From an uncultured candidate division Zixibacteria bacterium (GTDB taxonomy: Bacteria; Zixibacteria; MSB-5A5; UBA10806): a stretch of DNA of 64,000 bases. The translations under genes and the position numbers were made by a program. The notes beneath the pieces are model-generated. The model made no database searches and was not told where the DNA came from. It saw nothing but the letters and a program-made list of their open reading frames with translations. Location: the NCBI GenBank assembly GCA_963817915.1, contig CAWFQL010000009.1:32001-96000 (forward strand). Reading direction: 5' to 3'. This document shows positions 40,369 to 50,235 of this stretch, in pieces (within the stretch, counting starts at the first letter, position 1; the number at the start of each line of letters is the position of its first letter).

Positions 40369-42956
40369 TCAACTTCTTTTCTTGCTTTCTTCCATTCTAC
40401 GGAATACGGCAATTCCGGCTCCAATCACCAATATTAGGAAACCGAGCCAAACCAGATTGATCATCGGCTTAGTCATAACTTCGATTGTTGCCAGCTGTGC
40501 CTGCCTGGCGGGAATATAAACAAAATTAGCAATGTTGGCTTTTGGATTCAAGTCCACTAAAAACAACTGATCGTCTTTCGGCAACTTCACGATACTACGG
40601 AAATTATGCATCTCGGTCGGAGAATGGATTGGAACAGCTTTCAGGGTATCGGAATCAGATATAATTTTCAATACAGTGCCAACTTTGACGTCCGAAGCTT
40701 TTTCGGTTGGTGAATAAGTCAGATCTATCCCGCCGATATCGGCCTTGATCTTGGAAAGCGTCACAAAACCGCCACCCGGCAATTCGACAGGTTCGGATTG
40801 CACTTCTTCCTGTGAAGTAGGATCATAGGTGGGAGTTATCGTGGATGATTTGCCTTTAAATTCGACTGTCAGGATTGCGCCGATAGTAGCAGCCTTGCCT
40901 TCCTGATGTTTGGTCATATCGAATTTTTCAAACGTAATATTCTGTTTGCCGATACTAATTTTCTCGCCCTTTTTGATTTCGAATACTTGCGCTTGAGATT
41001 TAGCCAATAATTTCGCGTTTTCTTCGGAATCATATTTTTCAAATATTATCTTATAGCTGCCAATCTGAGCCGTATCCCTTAATCCGATATCAACCGGGAA
41101 AGTCTGGTTTTCGGATTGGCCGGTGAGATTTTCAAGAGAGAGATAGAAATCGTAACCAAGGCTTTTCCTAATAAATGGGACTCGGACATATTGAATCTGA
41201 TTCCCCTGATTCATCTGTTTTGATGTGGTGACTGCTGGAAATGTCTTGCCGTCTTTGGTTATTTCAAAGAATGATTGTTCTTCCTTGGGATTTGCGCTTT
41301 CGGTCTTGAGGAATTTTACATCGTACCCCAATGCCGAACCGGAGCCGCCTTCTGCCATTGTCACTTTCTTTTGCGATGAGAATAAACCTGAGGAGATAAT
41401 ACCAAGTAGCAAAATCGAAAATCCCACATGAGCGAAATATCCGCCTGATGTAATGAAGTTAGATTTAATTCGTTTGAGCAGGAAAATTGTGCTTGAAATC
41501 AGTGAGAACATCGAAGCCGCGAAGAATAGGAAACTCAAGATCGCAATTATGATTGTCATGAATGTTGTCCCGGAAACTTCGGGTGTGGACCACATCAACA
41601 CGATATGAGAATAGGCTGAAAAGACAAATATTAATGCAGTCACTATCGAAATGATTGAAGGGATTATAAGCTTTTTGAGGAATACAGACTTCTCTGTCTT
41701 TTTCCATTCCAAAAGGCAATTGAATCCGAGGATGATCGCGTAAATAATGCCGAAAACAAGTCCGGCCATGTTGTAGTTGGTTGTCGCAACCGCCGACGGT
41801 GATATTTTTGAGAATAAAGAGATTTTCGATAGGGCGGTAGTAATTAGCGGGAATGATGTCCAAATCAACACAAGCAGTGTAAACGGCAGCAATAACACCA
41901 TCGAAAGAAATGTCGCGAATTCCTGGGTTAGAATCTCGGTGCTTGCAGGGGAGACCTTCATCTTTGATGATCTATAAATCCAAAGGCCGTACGATACAAA
42001 TCCTAAGATTAATAACGAGGATAATAGAATATTATTGTAACCCAGATCAGTAAAGGCATGGACAGAAAAATCCGCCAGCACTCCCGAACGGGTTAAGAAT
42101 GTGCCAAAAATAATAAGCACAAATGTAGTAATCGCGAGAAACAGATTAGTTCGCCGCCATGAGCCCCTGGCCTTTTCAATAACCATGCCATGTACCAGCG
42201 CAATTCCTGTAAGCCAGGGAATAAAGGAAGCGTTCTCAACAGGGTCCCATCCCCAGTAGCCGCCCCAGCCCAGTGTCTCATACGCCCAATAGCCGCCAAG
42301 GAAGATTCCAAGTCCTAATGTCACTACCGAGAACACAGCCCAAGGCATTGTCTGCCTGACCCAGTTATCATATTTATTAGTTGCCAGCGATGCCATGGCG
42401 AAGGCAAATGGTATACAAGCCGCCGCGAATCCGATAAATACGATCGGTGGATGAATCTGCATCCAGTAATTCTGCAACAAGAGGGTTGAGCCCCTGGCCA
42501 TCGGGCGGGATAAAATCCAATCTTTTAAATGGGTCGGTTACAATTGTTAAAAGCAGTAAGAAATGTCTGGCCGAGCAGATAAAAGAACATTACCCAGCCT
42601 TCATTTTCTTTGGCCTTTGATTTGACCCAGACTCCCAGGATTAATCCAAAAACAAGCCAGAGTAAGAAAGTACCCTGCTGGCCCGCCCATAAGGCGCTTA
42701 CCTTATAGAAATGAGGCCATTGGTTGGGAAGATCCTTCGATGAATACGCCGCGACATATGAAAATTGAAATTTATCGCCTATGAATAAGGTAAAAAGATC
42801 GGCAAATGCAAGCAGTACCAATGCCAACAAAAACCAATATATTAATCTCGCGCTTAGCTTAAACTCTTTGGCACCGACAGCTACGAGAAAGTATCCTGCC
42901 AGCGAAAGCACCATTGGCACTGCCGCCCACGTTATTACAAAACCGCCTATTTCCAT
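40369..42956 (-). CDS. ccmF: Cytochrome c maturation protein CcmF (two +1 frameshifts at ~42562 and ~42480)
   Basis: LWAGQQGTFLLW; the repaired junction reads [42 protein letters not shown], TRSG and SVHAF. Confidence 0.88.
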
Positions 42957-43000
42957 GGTCCCTCACACAATATCGTTATGAATTATTATCTAATCTTAAC

Positions 43001-43393
43001 TTAAGTCCCGGAGCTTTTCGGCTCATTCTGGTATTTTGACGGGCACTTGACTAGAAGCTTATCAGCGAAAAAAGTATCATTTTTATATCGGCCAATACAG
43101 ACGACAGAAGTCGCCTGATCGAAATTACCGGGCTTGGTGCCACTATATACAACCTTCATCTTGTCGCCACTAACGTCTGTAATAAAAAAGGAGAATGATC
43201 CCGCTTCGGTATTGTAATTGGATTCATTCGCGAGAATCTCGCCCATTACCTGAACATTGGATTTCGCGGCCCGGGCCTCCGAAAATCCAACATAGGGAGT
43301 CACCCCTCCGCCAGTAAATAGCGACATCAATCCGACTACGGCCGCGATTATGACTACCGCGATCGCAATCAGAGTCTTTATATTCTTATTCAT
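43001..43393 (-). CDS. ccmE: Heme chaperone CcmE, Cys variant
   Basis: N-terminal TM helix, VVYSGTKPGNF and LLVKCPSKY (CxxxY). Confidence 0.9.
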   Translation of the reverse strand: MNKNIKTLIAIAVVIIAAVVGLMSLFTGGGVTPYVGFSEARAAKSNVQVMGEILANESNYNTEAGSFSFFITDVSGDKMKVVYSGTKPGNFDQATSVVCIGRYKNDTFFADKLLVKCPSKYQNEPKSSGT

Positions 43394-43493
43394 CTTTTTT
43401 CATCCTCTTGATTTTGGCATCGATAGAGAAAAGATAAGCCCAGAGGGCGATCCAGCCCAGAAGGGCCGCAAACATCGGTATATAATTAGCCAT
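43386..43493 (-). CDS. ccmD: CcmD-family small membrane protein (35 aa; not in ORF track)
   Basis: MANYIPMFAALLGWIALWAYLFSIDAKIKRMKKDE: one TM helix plus a basic tail, overlapping both ccmC and ccmE, with a GAGGAG RBS. Confidence 0.8.
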   Translation of the reverse strand: MANYIPMFAALLGWIALWAYLFSIDAKIKRMKKDE

Positions 43494-44151
43494 TAGTTTT
43501 CTCCTCTAATTTTTCATCTACATATATCGAAAGATGATTTATCCATAATAATAATCCGATATGAGCCAATACCGATGGTATCAGCACGCTGGCAGTTGCC
43601 AATGAGAAAGTGATGACCGATCCTTCGCTGACTCCGGTCGGTTTGGGCGCTCCGGGATGAAGCCCAGGCATCATGCGAGGCATGATGAAAACAAAGAATA
43701 TCGCCGCGATAAATCCAAATATGGAATAGACTGCAGATAGATTAGCCTTTTGATCAGGGTCGGCAACCGCGGCCCTCAATGCGAAATATGCTCCATAGAC
43801 CAATAACAACATGAATATCGATGTTTCTCTCGGATCCCAATTCCAGTAAGAGCCCCACGTATTCTTGGCGAATATCGAGCCCGTTATTGTGGCAAGTATA
43901 CAGAATATCAAGCCAAGCCTGGCCATCGTAGATGCTCGTAAGTCGTAATGAAGCTGCCGTTTGATAAGATACCTGATCGAATAATACATGCCTATGCCAA
44001 ATGCCACAACTGTAGTCATGGCCATGGGGAAATGGAAATATATTATTCTAAAGACCTCGGGATTATTCTGTACCGGGGTTGGCGGCGGAAAAATCCAGGC
44101 GCCGATAATTACCCAACTGATTGTCAAAAAGATTAGCAGCTTCCACCACAT
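43486..44151 (-). CDS. ccmC: Heme exporter CcmC
   Basis: IIYFHFP, the WWD domain WGSYWNWDPRETS and GLHP. Confidence 0.92.
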   Translation of the reverse strand: MWWKLLIFLTISWVIIGAWIFPPPTPVQNNPEVFRIIYFHFPMAMTTVVAFGIGMYYSIRYLIKRQLHYDLRASTMARLGLIFCILATITGSIFAKNTWGSYWNWDPRETSIFMLLLVYGAYFALRAAVADPDQKANLSAVYSIFGFIAAIFFVFIMPRMMPGLHPGAPKPTGVSEGSVITFSLATASVLIPSVLAHIGLLLWINHLSIYVDEKLEEKTNG

Positions 44152-44282
44152 ACGCTTGCCTTTAAACCTTGTCCTTAATTGCCATGTTCCTCACTAAATA
44201 ATACCTTTGCCACTAAATGTCAAATTTTATATCGCCCATTGTAGGTTATTAAATCCTTATTTATTATGATCTTATAAAATTA

Positions 44283-44969
44283 TTAATCATTCCAGACGAG
44301 ATCGAAAAAGAAGAATCCCATAATAGTCATTACTATCATATAGGAAATAGAAACCTGGATTTCAATTCGGGCATCGAAAAATGTGATCTCAGGCATCAGC
44401 GCCTTGGCAGTGCCCCTGATTACCATTATTAGCAACGGCAAGATAATCGGGAACGAGAGCACCGCGAATAGCGCCCCCTTAACAGAGGCTTTCGAAATTA
44501 TGGCGGCTATCAATGTAGTCGCGCCAACCAATCCTAATGACCCCAATGATATTATCACAAGAAAGAGCGGCCAGTTTGCAATATCAAGCCCAATTAAAAT
44601 CGCAAACAGCGGCACCGTGATTAAATTCATTATAAATAGTAATGCCAGATTGAAAATGAGCTTGCCGCCATAAACTGCTTCCGCAGGGCAGTATAATTTT
44701 AACGCGATTGCTGTTTTGGATTCCTCTTCTTTTATAAAGCTTTGGGATAAACCTGAAAGCGATGAAAAGTAAATTACAATCCAAAGCAACGATGCCTGCA
44801 AAATAGTGGAGACTCCAACGCCGCCTACCGCCCATGATACCGCGAATACAGTCACTATCGCGAACATCAAGATGGCATTGATAGCGTAGCGAGTTCTCAA
44901 CTCGCTTTTAATATCCTTATTAAAAACTGCGAGCGATTTACGCACCGAGCCGGAGGATTTGGTCTCCAT
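44283..44969 (-). CDS. ccmB: Heme exporter CcmB
   Basis: KDIKSELRTR, FIKEEE and LFAVLSFPIILPLL; about six TM helices. Confidence 0.88.
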   Translation of the reverse strand: METKSSGSVRKSLAVFNKDIKSELRTRYAINAILMFAIVTVFAVSWAVGGVGVSTILQASLLWIVIYFSSLSGLSQSFIKEEESKTAIALKLYCPAEAVYGGKLIFNLALLFIMNLITVPLFAILIGLDIANWPLFLVIISLGSLGLVGATTLIAAIISKASVKGALFAVLSFPIILPLLIMVIRGTAKALMPEITFFDARIEIQVSISYMIVMTIMGFFFFDLVWND

Positions 44970-45564
44970 AACCCCATTCGCTTTTTTCATTGGTTGCGAT
45001 TACTGCTATGCCATTATGCGATTTGATAATTGAATCGACGAGTGCCTTGCCGGCGTCATCGAGATTGGCAGTCGGTTCGTCCAATATCAGGACTTCAGGA
45101 TTTCTTGATAATGCCAGGCAATATTTGAGCCTTTGTTTCATCCCCGATGAATACGAGCCAACCAGATCGTCGCCGCGCCCCGATAAGCCGACAAAATCCA
45201 ATTTATCTTTGATCTCTTTTCTGGTCAGCGGAAATCCAGCCACGTGACTGAAAAAACCAAGATTTTCGATTGCGCTTAATTCATCATATAAAACGAGGTC
45301 CGGCGAAACCAATCCGATATAATTCCTGATTTCGATATCTTTGATGATTTTATCATCATAGGATAATTCAATCTTGCCTTTGGTAGGGCGAATTAATCTG
45401 CAAATAATCCTGATCAATGTCGATTTGCCGGAGCCGTTGGGCCCGGTGACTACTAATCGCTTGCCGGATTCAACATTCGCGGAAACATCAGCGAAAATTT
45501 TCCTGCCCGGATATGACTTAGATATTCCATCGATATTTAAACGTATTTTTTTCACCTCGGTCAT
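44938..45564 (-). CDS. ccmA: Heme exporter ABC ATPase CcmA
   Basis: GPNGSGKST, YSSGMKQR and ILDEPTANLD; directly upstream of ccmB. Confidence 0.85.
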   Translation of the reverse strand: MTEVKKIRLNIDGISKSYPGRKIFADVSANVESGKRLVVTGPNGSGKSTLIRIICRLIRPTKGKIELSYDDKIIKDIEIRNYIGLVSPDLVLYDELSAIENLGFFSHVAGFPLTRKEIKDKLDFVGLSGRGDDLVGSYSSGMKQRLKYCLALSRNPEVLILDEPTANLDDAGKALVDSIIKSHNGIAVIATNEKSEWGYGDQILRLGA

Positions 45565-45669
45565 AAAAAGGGATAACACCGAAAATTACAAGCGGAAAAT
45601 ACTAATATTGAATTTATGGGAGTAAAAATACATCTGGGCGGCAGCTGTCCACACCAGCCTCTTCGGAAA

Positions 45670-45766
45670 GTCATTGCGAGTCCGGCAGCTGCCGGCGAAG
45701 CAATCTGAAGGATGCTACCCGCGGATTGCTTCGTCGCTCGGCAAAAGCCGAACTCCTCGCAATGAC
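45670..45766. repeat. RPE/REP-like cruciform palindromic element
   Basis: GTCATTGCGAG...CTCGCAATGAC (11-bp IR), inner CGAAGCAATC/GATTGCTTCG (10-bp IR), and side hairpins CCGGCAGCTGCCGG and TCGGCAAAAGCCGA. Confidence 0.8.
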
Positions 45767-45840
45767 GGATAATTTTATTTTGGGGGCAGGGAGACGACTG
45801 CCGACCAATAGAGCTTAAAAAAAAGAATAATTGTAGGTTA

Positions 45841-45919
45841 GTAGGTCCGAACCCCTGCAGTTCGGACTCTTGAATTGCCTATCAATCAAAAAGGCGGAAC
45901 CACGGGGGTTCCGCCCTAC
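45841..45919. repeat. GTAG-family REP doublet (REPIN-like)
   Basis: GTAG-GTCCGAAC-N7-GTTCGGAC on + and GTAG-GGCGGAAC-N7-GTTCCGCC on -, in inverted orientation 25 nt apart. Confidence 0.78.
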
Positions 45920-45931
45920 GGATTTCATAAG

Positions 45932-45965
45932 AAAAATGGCGGCCTCGTAAAAAGGAGCCCGCCAT
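45932..45965 (-). terminator. Intrinsic terminator after lepB
   Basis: ATGGCGG...CCGCCAT stem followed by TTTTC on the minus strand. Confidence 0.55.
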
Positions 45966-45986
45966 AAAATCATTATTTATTTGTAA

Positions 45987-46757
45987 TTATTGAATCAAAT
46001 GTCCAATCCGTCCCCAACGAACTCTGTCGGGCAGATGAACAATATTATATGCGATATTTACTGGATACGAAAATGGATTGCTTGCCGATACCTGCGGCGC
46101 ATTCTCGTCCGGTGCCCATGACCAATGGATGATCATGGCCTTGCCCATAACCAATTTACGATCCAAAAATCCCCAGAATCTCGAGTCTGCCGAATTATCC
46201 CTGTTATCTCCCATCATGAATAGATATCCCTTAGGGACTTCGGTTTCGGGCATATTATCTCGAATCCCCATGCCCCATTGGCCATCATTGAAATGAGGGT
46301 ATACATGCGTCGAATCCATGAATTGACCGTGCGTCGGCAATGGCACTGGCTTACCATCGACAAAAACCTGCTTGTTGACAATCTTGACTTTTTGTCCGCC
46401 GACCGCAATACATCGTTTGATATAATTCTGTCTTTGATCCAATGGATATTTGAAAATTATTATATCGCCCGGCTTGGGCTCAGCGAGCGCTGGCAGTTTG
46501 ATATCTGTGAGGAATGGGATCGGCAGTCTCATTCCATAAACAAATTTATTCGCCAAAAGGAAATCGCCAACCAATAGTGTTTGTTCCATCGACCCTGATG
46601 GGATTTTATACGCCTCCACCACTGATGCTTTTATCATCAGAGCAAGTATCAGGGCAATTCCAAGTGATTGAACAAAATCCCACAATGATTCATACCATGT
46701 GCGATTTTCAATTTTCTTGGCAGGTTTTTTTGTCTTATCCTTCGAAAACAGCTTCAT
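45987..46757 (-). CDS. lepB: Signal peptidase I
   Basis: IPSGSMEQTLLVGDFL, YIKRCI and MGDNRDNSADSRFWG. Confidence 0.95.
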   Translation of the reverse strand: MKLFSKDKTKKPAKKIENRTWYESLWDFVQSLGIALILALMIKASVVEAYKIPSGSMEQTLLVGDFLLANKFVYGMRLPIPFLTDIKLPALAEPKPGDIIIFKYPLDQRQNYIKRCIAVGGQKVKIVNKQVFVDGKPVPLPTHGQFMDSTHVYPHFNDGQWGMGIRDNMPETEVPKGYLFMMGDNRDNSADSRFWGFLDRKLVMGKAMIIHWSWAPDENAPQVSASNPFSYPVNIAYNIVHLPDRVRWGRIGHLIQ

Positions 46758-46866
46758 TTACGCTCCTTTTAGTCTATTTTACCCTTAAATACTGTAAAGG
46801 TTGCAGGAATCTATTATCATCTTACCATAAATGCAACCCCATTTTGGCTTTGGCTATTATTACCCC

Positions 46867-46895
46867 TTGCCAGTAGCGGGGAAATTTCTTATTAT
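46867..46895 (+). promoter_or_regulatory. Sigma70 promoter of efp
   Basis: TTGCCA-N17-TATTAT upstream of the GGAGG RBS. Confidence 0.6.
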
Positions 46896-46918
46896 CGTGA
46901 CTACTTTATGGAGGATAG

Positions 46919-47476
46919 ATGATTAATACGAGTGATTTTCGAAAAGGAATGAAGTTGGCGATTGACGGCGATCTTTATATAATAGTCGACTTTCAACATG
47001 CACGAACAGCACAGAGACGGGCCAATGTCTGGACCCGACTTAAAAACATGAAAACCGGTTCTGTTATCGAACGGACATATTCCGCAGGCGAAAACTTTGA
47101 AGTACCTGATTTTAACGAACGCGGAATGTCGTATCTTTATACCGACGGCGAAGTTTATAATTTTATGGATTCGAAAACCTTCGAGCAGGTTTCATTGAAT
47201 GATGAACAGATCGCCGATTATAAATGGTACTTACAGGAAAATGTCGAATACAAGGTGCTGTTTTTCGAGGGAATTCCAATATCTATTAATATGCCGTCGG
47301 CTGTGACATTGAAGGTTGTTGAATCGGAGCCAGGTGTTAAGGGCGATTCGGTTTCTAATCTCACAAAGAATGCGACATTGGAAACGGGTTTGGTTGTTAA
47401 GGTGCCGTTATTTATCAAGGTTGGCGATTCGGTCAAGGTTGATACTACCGAAGGCAAATATCTTGAAAGAGCCTGA
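46919..47476 (+). CDS. efp: Elongation factor P (atypical loop)
   Basis: SDFRKG, YLYTDGE, FMD..TFEQ, EPGVKGDS, KNATLETG, VPLFI and VDTTEGKYLER; loop reads HARTAQRRA. Confidence 0.93.
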   Translation: MINTSDFRKGMKLAIDGDLYIIVDFQHARTAQRRANVWTRLKNMKTGSVIERTYSAGENFEVPDFNERGMSYLYTDGEVYNFMDSKTFEQVSLNDEQIADYKWYLQENVEYKVLFFEGIPISINMPSAVTLKVVESEPGVKGDSVSNLTKNATLETGLVVKVPLFIKVGDSVKVDTTEGKYLERA

Positions 47477-47500
47477 TTAACATTTCTCATAAATTCTGCT

Positions 47501-48157
47501 ATGCAATCTGATCTATTGAGGGGGGAACCGGATGGCATTATTGGTGTCGACGAGGCCGGTAAGGGTGACTATTTCGGGCCGCTTGTTATCGCTTCATGTT
47601 ATTCTAATAAACTAATCGAGCAGAAATTTGAAGCGATCGGCCTGAAAGAAAGCAAAGCTGTCACCGACAAACGAGCCTTTTTATTAGAATCAGAAATAAA
47701 AAAAATCGCACCATTCGAGGTTATAGCTATCGGCCCCGAAAAATACAATGAGCTATACGATAAAATCAAAAATCTGAATAAGCTTTTAGCCTGGGGCCAT
47801 GCCCGCGCAATCGAGAATCTACTGGAAAAAACAAATCCCATAGAAGTTATCGCGGATCAATTTGGTGATGAGCGGCTTATCCAAAATGCCTTGATGAAAA
47901 AGGGGAGAAGCGTTAATCTAAATCAGCAAACCAAGGCGGAGCGATTCCCCGCGGTGGCGGCGGCATCGATTCTGGCAAGGGCGGAATTTCTTAGGAGGCT
48001 GGAGAAGCTATCCGAAATCTACAAAATTCATCTGCCAAAAGGGGCGGGGACACAGGTCGATGATGCCGGCAGAATATTTGCGAAGTCTAAGGGTACCGAG
48101 GAGCTGAGCAAAATTGCGAAAATCCATTTCAAAAACACCAAAAGAGTCATCGTTTAG
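47501..48157 (+). CDS. rnhC: Ribonuclease HIII (short form without the N-terminal TBP-like domain)
   Basis: IGVDEAGKGDYFGPLV, LNKLLAWGHARAIE, ADQF, VAAASILAR, LPKGAG and AKIHFKNT. Confidence 0.88.
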   Translation: MQSDLLRGEPDGIIGVDEAGKGDYFGPLVIASCYSNKLIEQKFEAIGLKESKAVTDKRAFLLESEIKKIAPFEVIAIGPEKYNELYDKIKNLNKLLAWGHARAIENLLEKTNPIEVIADQFGDERLIQNALMKKGRSVNLNQQTKAERFPAVAAASILARAEFLRRLEKLSEIYKIHLPKGAGTQVDDAGRIFAKSKGTEELSKIAKIHFKNTKRVIV

Positions 48158-48998
48158 TAATCGACTGCAGCAAATTCTCCATAATAGAACCGAGGGTGCG
48201 GGTTTTATCGAAAACGCCGCGACCGATTTAATTCTATCAATTATAAATTCTGCTAATCCTGATTCGAAAGAGCTAATAATTAATTCCATCGATAAAATCA
48301 GCGATCGATTTGCCGCAATGGCCAATATCACCAATCTTTCGAATTTTGCACGAGAAAATATTGGATTTTATGAAATCGGCGCGTTCGAATTGATGCTCAA
48401 GGATTATATAAACATATCAAAAATTCTAAAGCAGATTACCGTTATTAACTGTGGCGATTTAATTGAGAAATATAAGACTATCTTCACGCTGTCCAATTCG
48501 TCTATGGTTCGCGAATCTATCTTATATGCCATTTCTAAGGGCTGGAATGGCAAAGTATTGATTATCGAATCCCGCCCAAAAAATGAGGGAGCAATTCTAG
48601 CTTCAAAATTGGCTGAGCACAATATCAATGTCGAATTAGCAGTGGATGCTCTGATGCCAAAATTGATCGCTCAATCGGATGCCGTATTCCTTGGCGCCGA
48701 CACTATCACGCCATCATTTTTTGTCAACAAAATAGGATCTCAAAGCGCGATCGATTACGCCGTCAAATTGGGAAAACCCTGCTATCGTAGCCGCTGATAA
48801 ATCGAAAATGATTTCGGATCGCAGATTCAGATTGAATGAATTCAGGCAATCCGTAGAGGAGATATCGAAAGTTAAAGAGTCCGTCATCTAACTATATTAA
48901 ATCCGTATTTCGAAAAGATAATTCCTGAGGGCGATTTCCATTATATTTGCGGCGCAAGATTGTACAATCCCCAGGAAATTAGAAATCTCTTGAATTAA
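48114..48998 (+). CDS. eIF-2B alpha/beta/delta-like protein (ribose-1,5-bisphosphate isomerase/MtnA fold), frameshifted near 48786 and ~48878
   Basis: IFTLSNSSMV, ESRPKNEG, LGADTI and VNKIGS. Shifted frames continue with YVAADKSK and NPYFEK...LLN* ending at 48998. Confidence 0.75.
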
Positions 48999-49065
48999 CC
49001 ACATTCAGTTGATAGATTTCATATAAGGTGAAATTAGACCTTCAACATTTTTCTGATCGTATCCT

Positions 49066-50235
49066 ATGGCTGATTTGATCGAAATGACTTTATTAAACCG
49101 CCGACGGTTTTTGAAGACTTCGGGTATTTGTGTTGGATGCAGCCTGGTTCCATTTACCGGTATCTCGGATTTGCCCCTAATATCCGAAGTATTAAATGAA
49201 CCGTTGGCCAGCGCGGAGGAGATCGGGCCACATGAGGCAATGTTTTATAAAAAGCTTCAGGACAGGGAGATCGAATGTCAACTATGCCCTCGCAAATGCC
49301 AGGTAGGCGATAAGGAAAGAGGATATTGCGGAGCGCGAGAAAATCGCGGCGGCAGCTATTACACATTGGTATATGGCAATCCTTGTTCGGCTAATATTGA
49401 TCCGGTAGAGAAGAAACCATTTTTCCATTATATGCCGGGCACACTTGCATTCTCTATCGCCACCGCAGGATGCAATCTAAATTGCAAATTTTGCCAGAAT
49501 TGGCAAATCTCACAATTTAGACCCGAGCAAGTCAAAAGCCTTAAAATGTCACCATCAGATATAGTCTCAACCGCCCTGCAATATGAATGCAGTACGATCG
49601 CCTATACTTACTCGGAGCCGACAGTATTTTATGAATATATGAAAGATTGCGCGATTACCGGAAAATCTAAAAATATACGATCTCTGCTTATCAGCGCGGG
49701 CTATATCGAATCTCAACCTCTACAGGAGCTTTTGCCGTATTTAGCAGCTGTAAAAATCGACTTGAAATCATTCAGCGAGAAATATTATTCTGATATCTGC
49801 AATGGCGAATTGAAACCGGTTCTCGAAACTTTAAAGACATTGAAAAAATCAAATATCTGGTTTGAAATAGTATATCTGATGGTGCCGACCCTAAATGATA
49901 ATCCCGATGAAGTAAAAAATATGTGCCAATGGATTATCGATGATTTGGGGCCTGACGTGCCGATTCATTTCACCAGATTTCATCCTGAATATCTTTTGAC
50001 AAATCTTCCCTCGACACCAGTCGAATCGTTAGAGACCGCATATGACATCGCCAAGGCGAAGGGCATCAATTATCCTTATGTCGGCAATGTATACGGCCAC
50101 AAGGGAGAAAATACGTTTTGCCCGAAATGCGACTCGCTTTTGATTAGCCGTCAGGGCTTTCAAGTACAGATTAAATCATTAGTTAATGGTCATTGCGCGA
50201 AATGCGGAATGGCGATACCGGGTGTCTGGGCTTGA
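49066..50235 (+). CDS. amrS: AmmeMemoRadiSam system radical SAM enzyme with a Tat-like N-terminus
   Basis: CQLCPRKC, DPVEKKPFFH, GCNLNCKFCQNWQISQ, IAYTYSEP, HFTRFHP and YVGNV; N-terminal NRRRFLK. Confidence 0.9.
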   Translation: MADLIEMTLLNRRRFLKTSGICVGCSLVPFTGISDLPLISEVLNEPLASAEEIGPHEAMFYKKLQDREIECQLCPRKCQVGDKERGYCGARENRGGSYYTLVYGNPCSANIDPVEKKPFFHYMPGTLAFSIATAGCNLNCKFCQNWQISQFRPEQVKSLKMSPSDIVSTALQYECSTIAYTYSEPTVFYEYMKDCAITGKSKNIRSLLISAGYIESQPLQELLPYLAAVKIDLKSFSEKYYSDICNGELKPVLETLKTLKKSNIWFEIVYLMVPTLNDNPDEVKNMCQWIIDDLGPDVPIHFTRFHPEYLLTNLPSTPVESLETAYDIAKAKGINYPYVGNVYGHKGENTFCPKCDSLLISRQGFQVQIKSLVNGHCAKCGMAIPGVWA

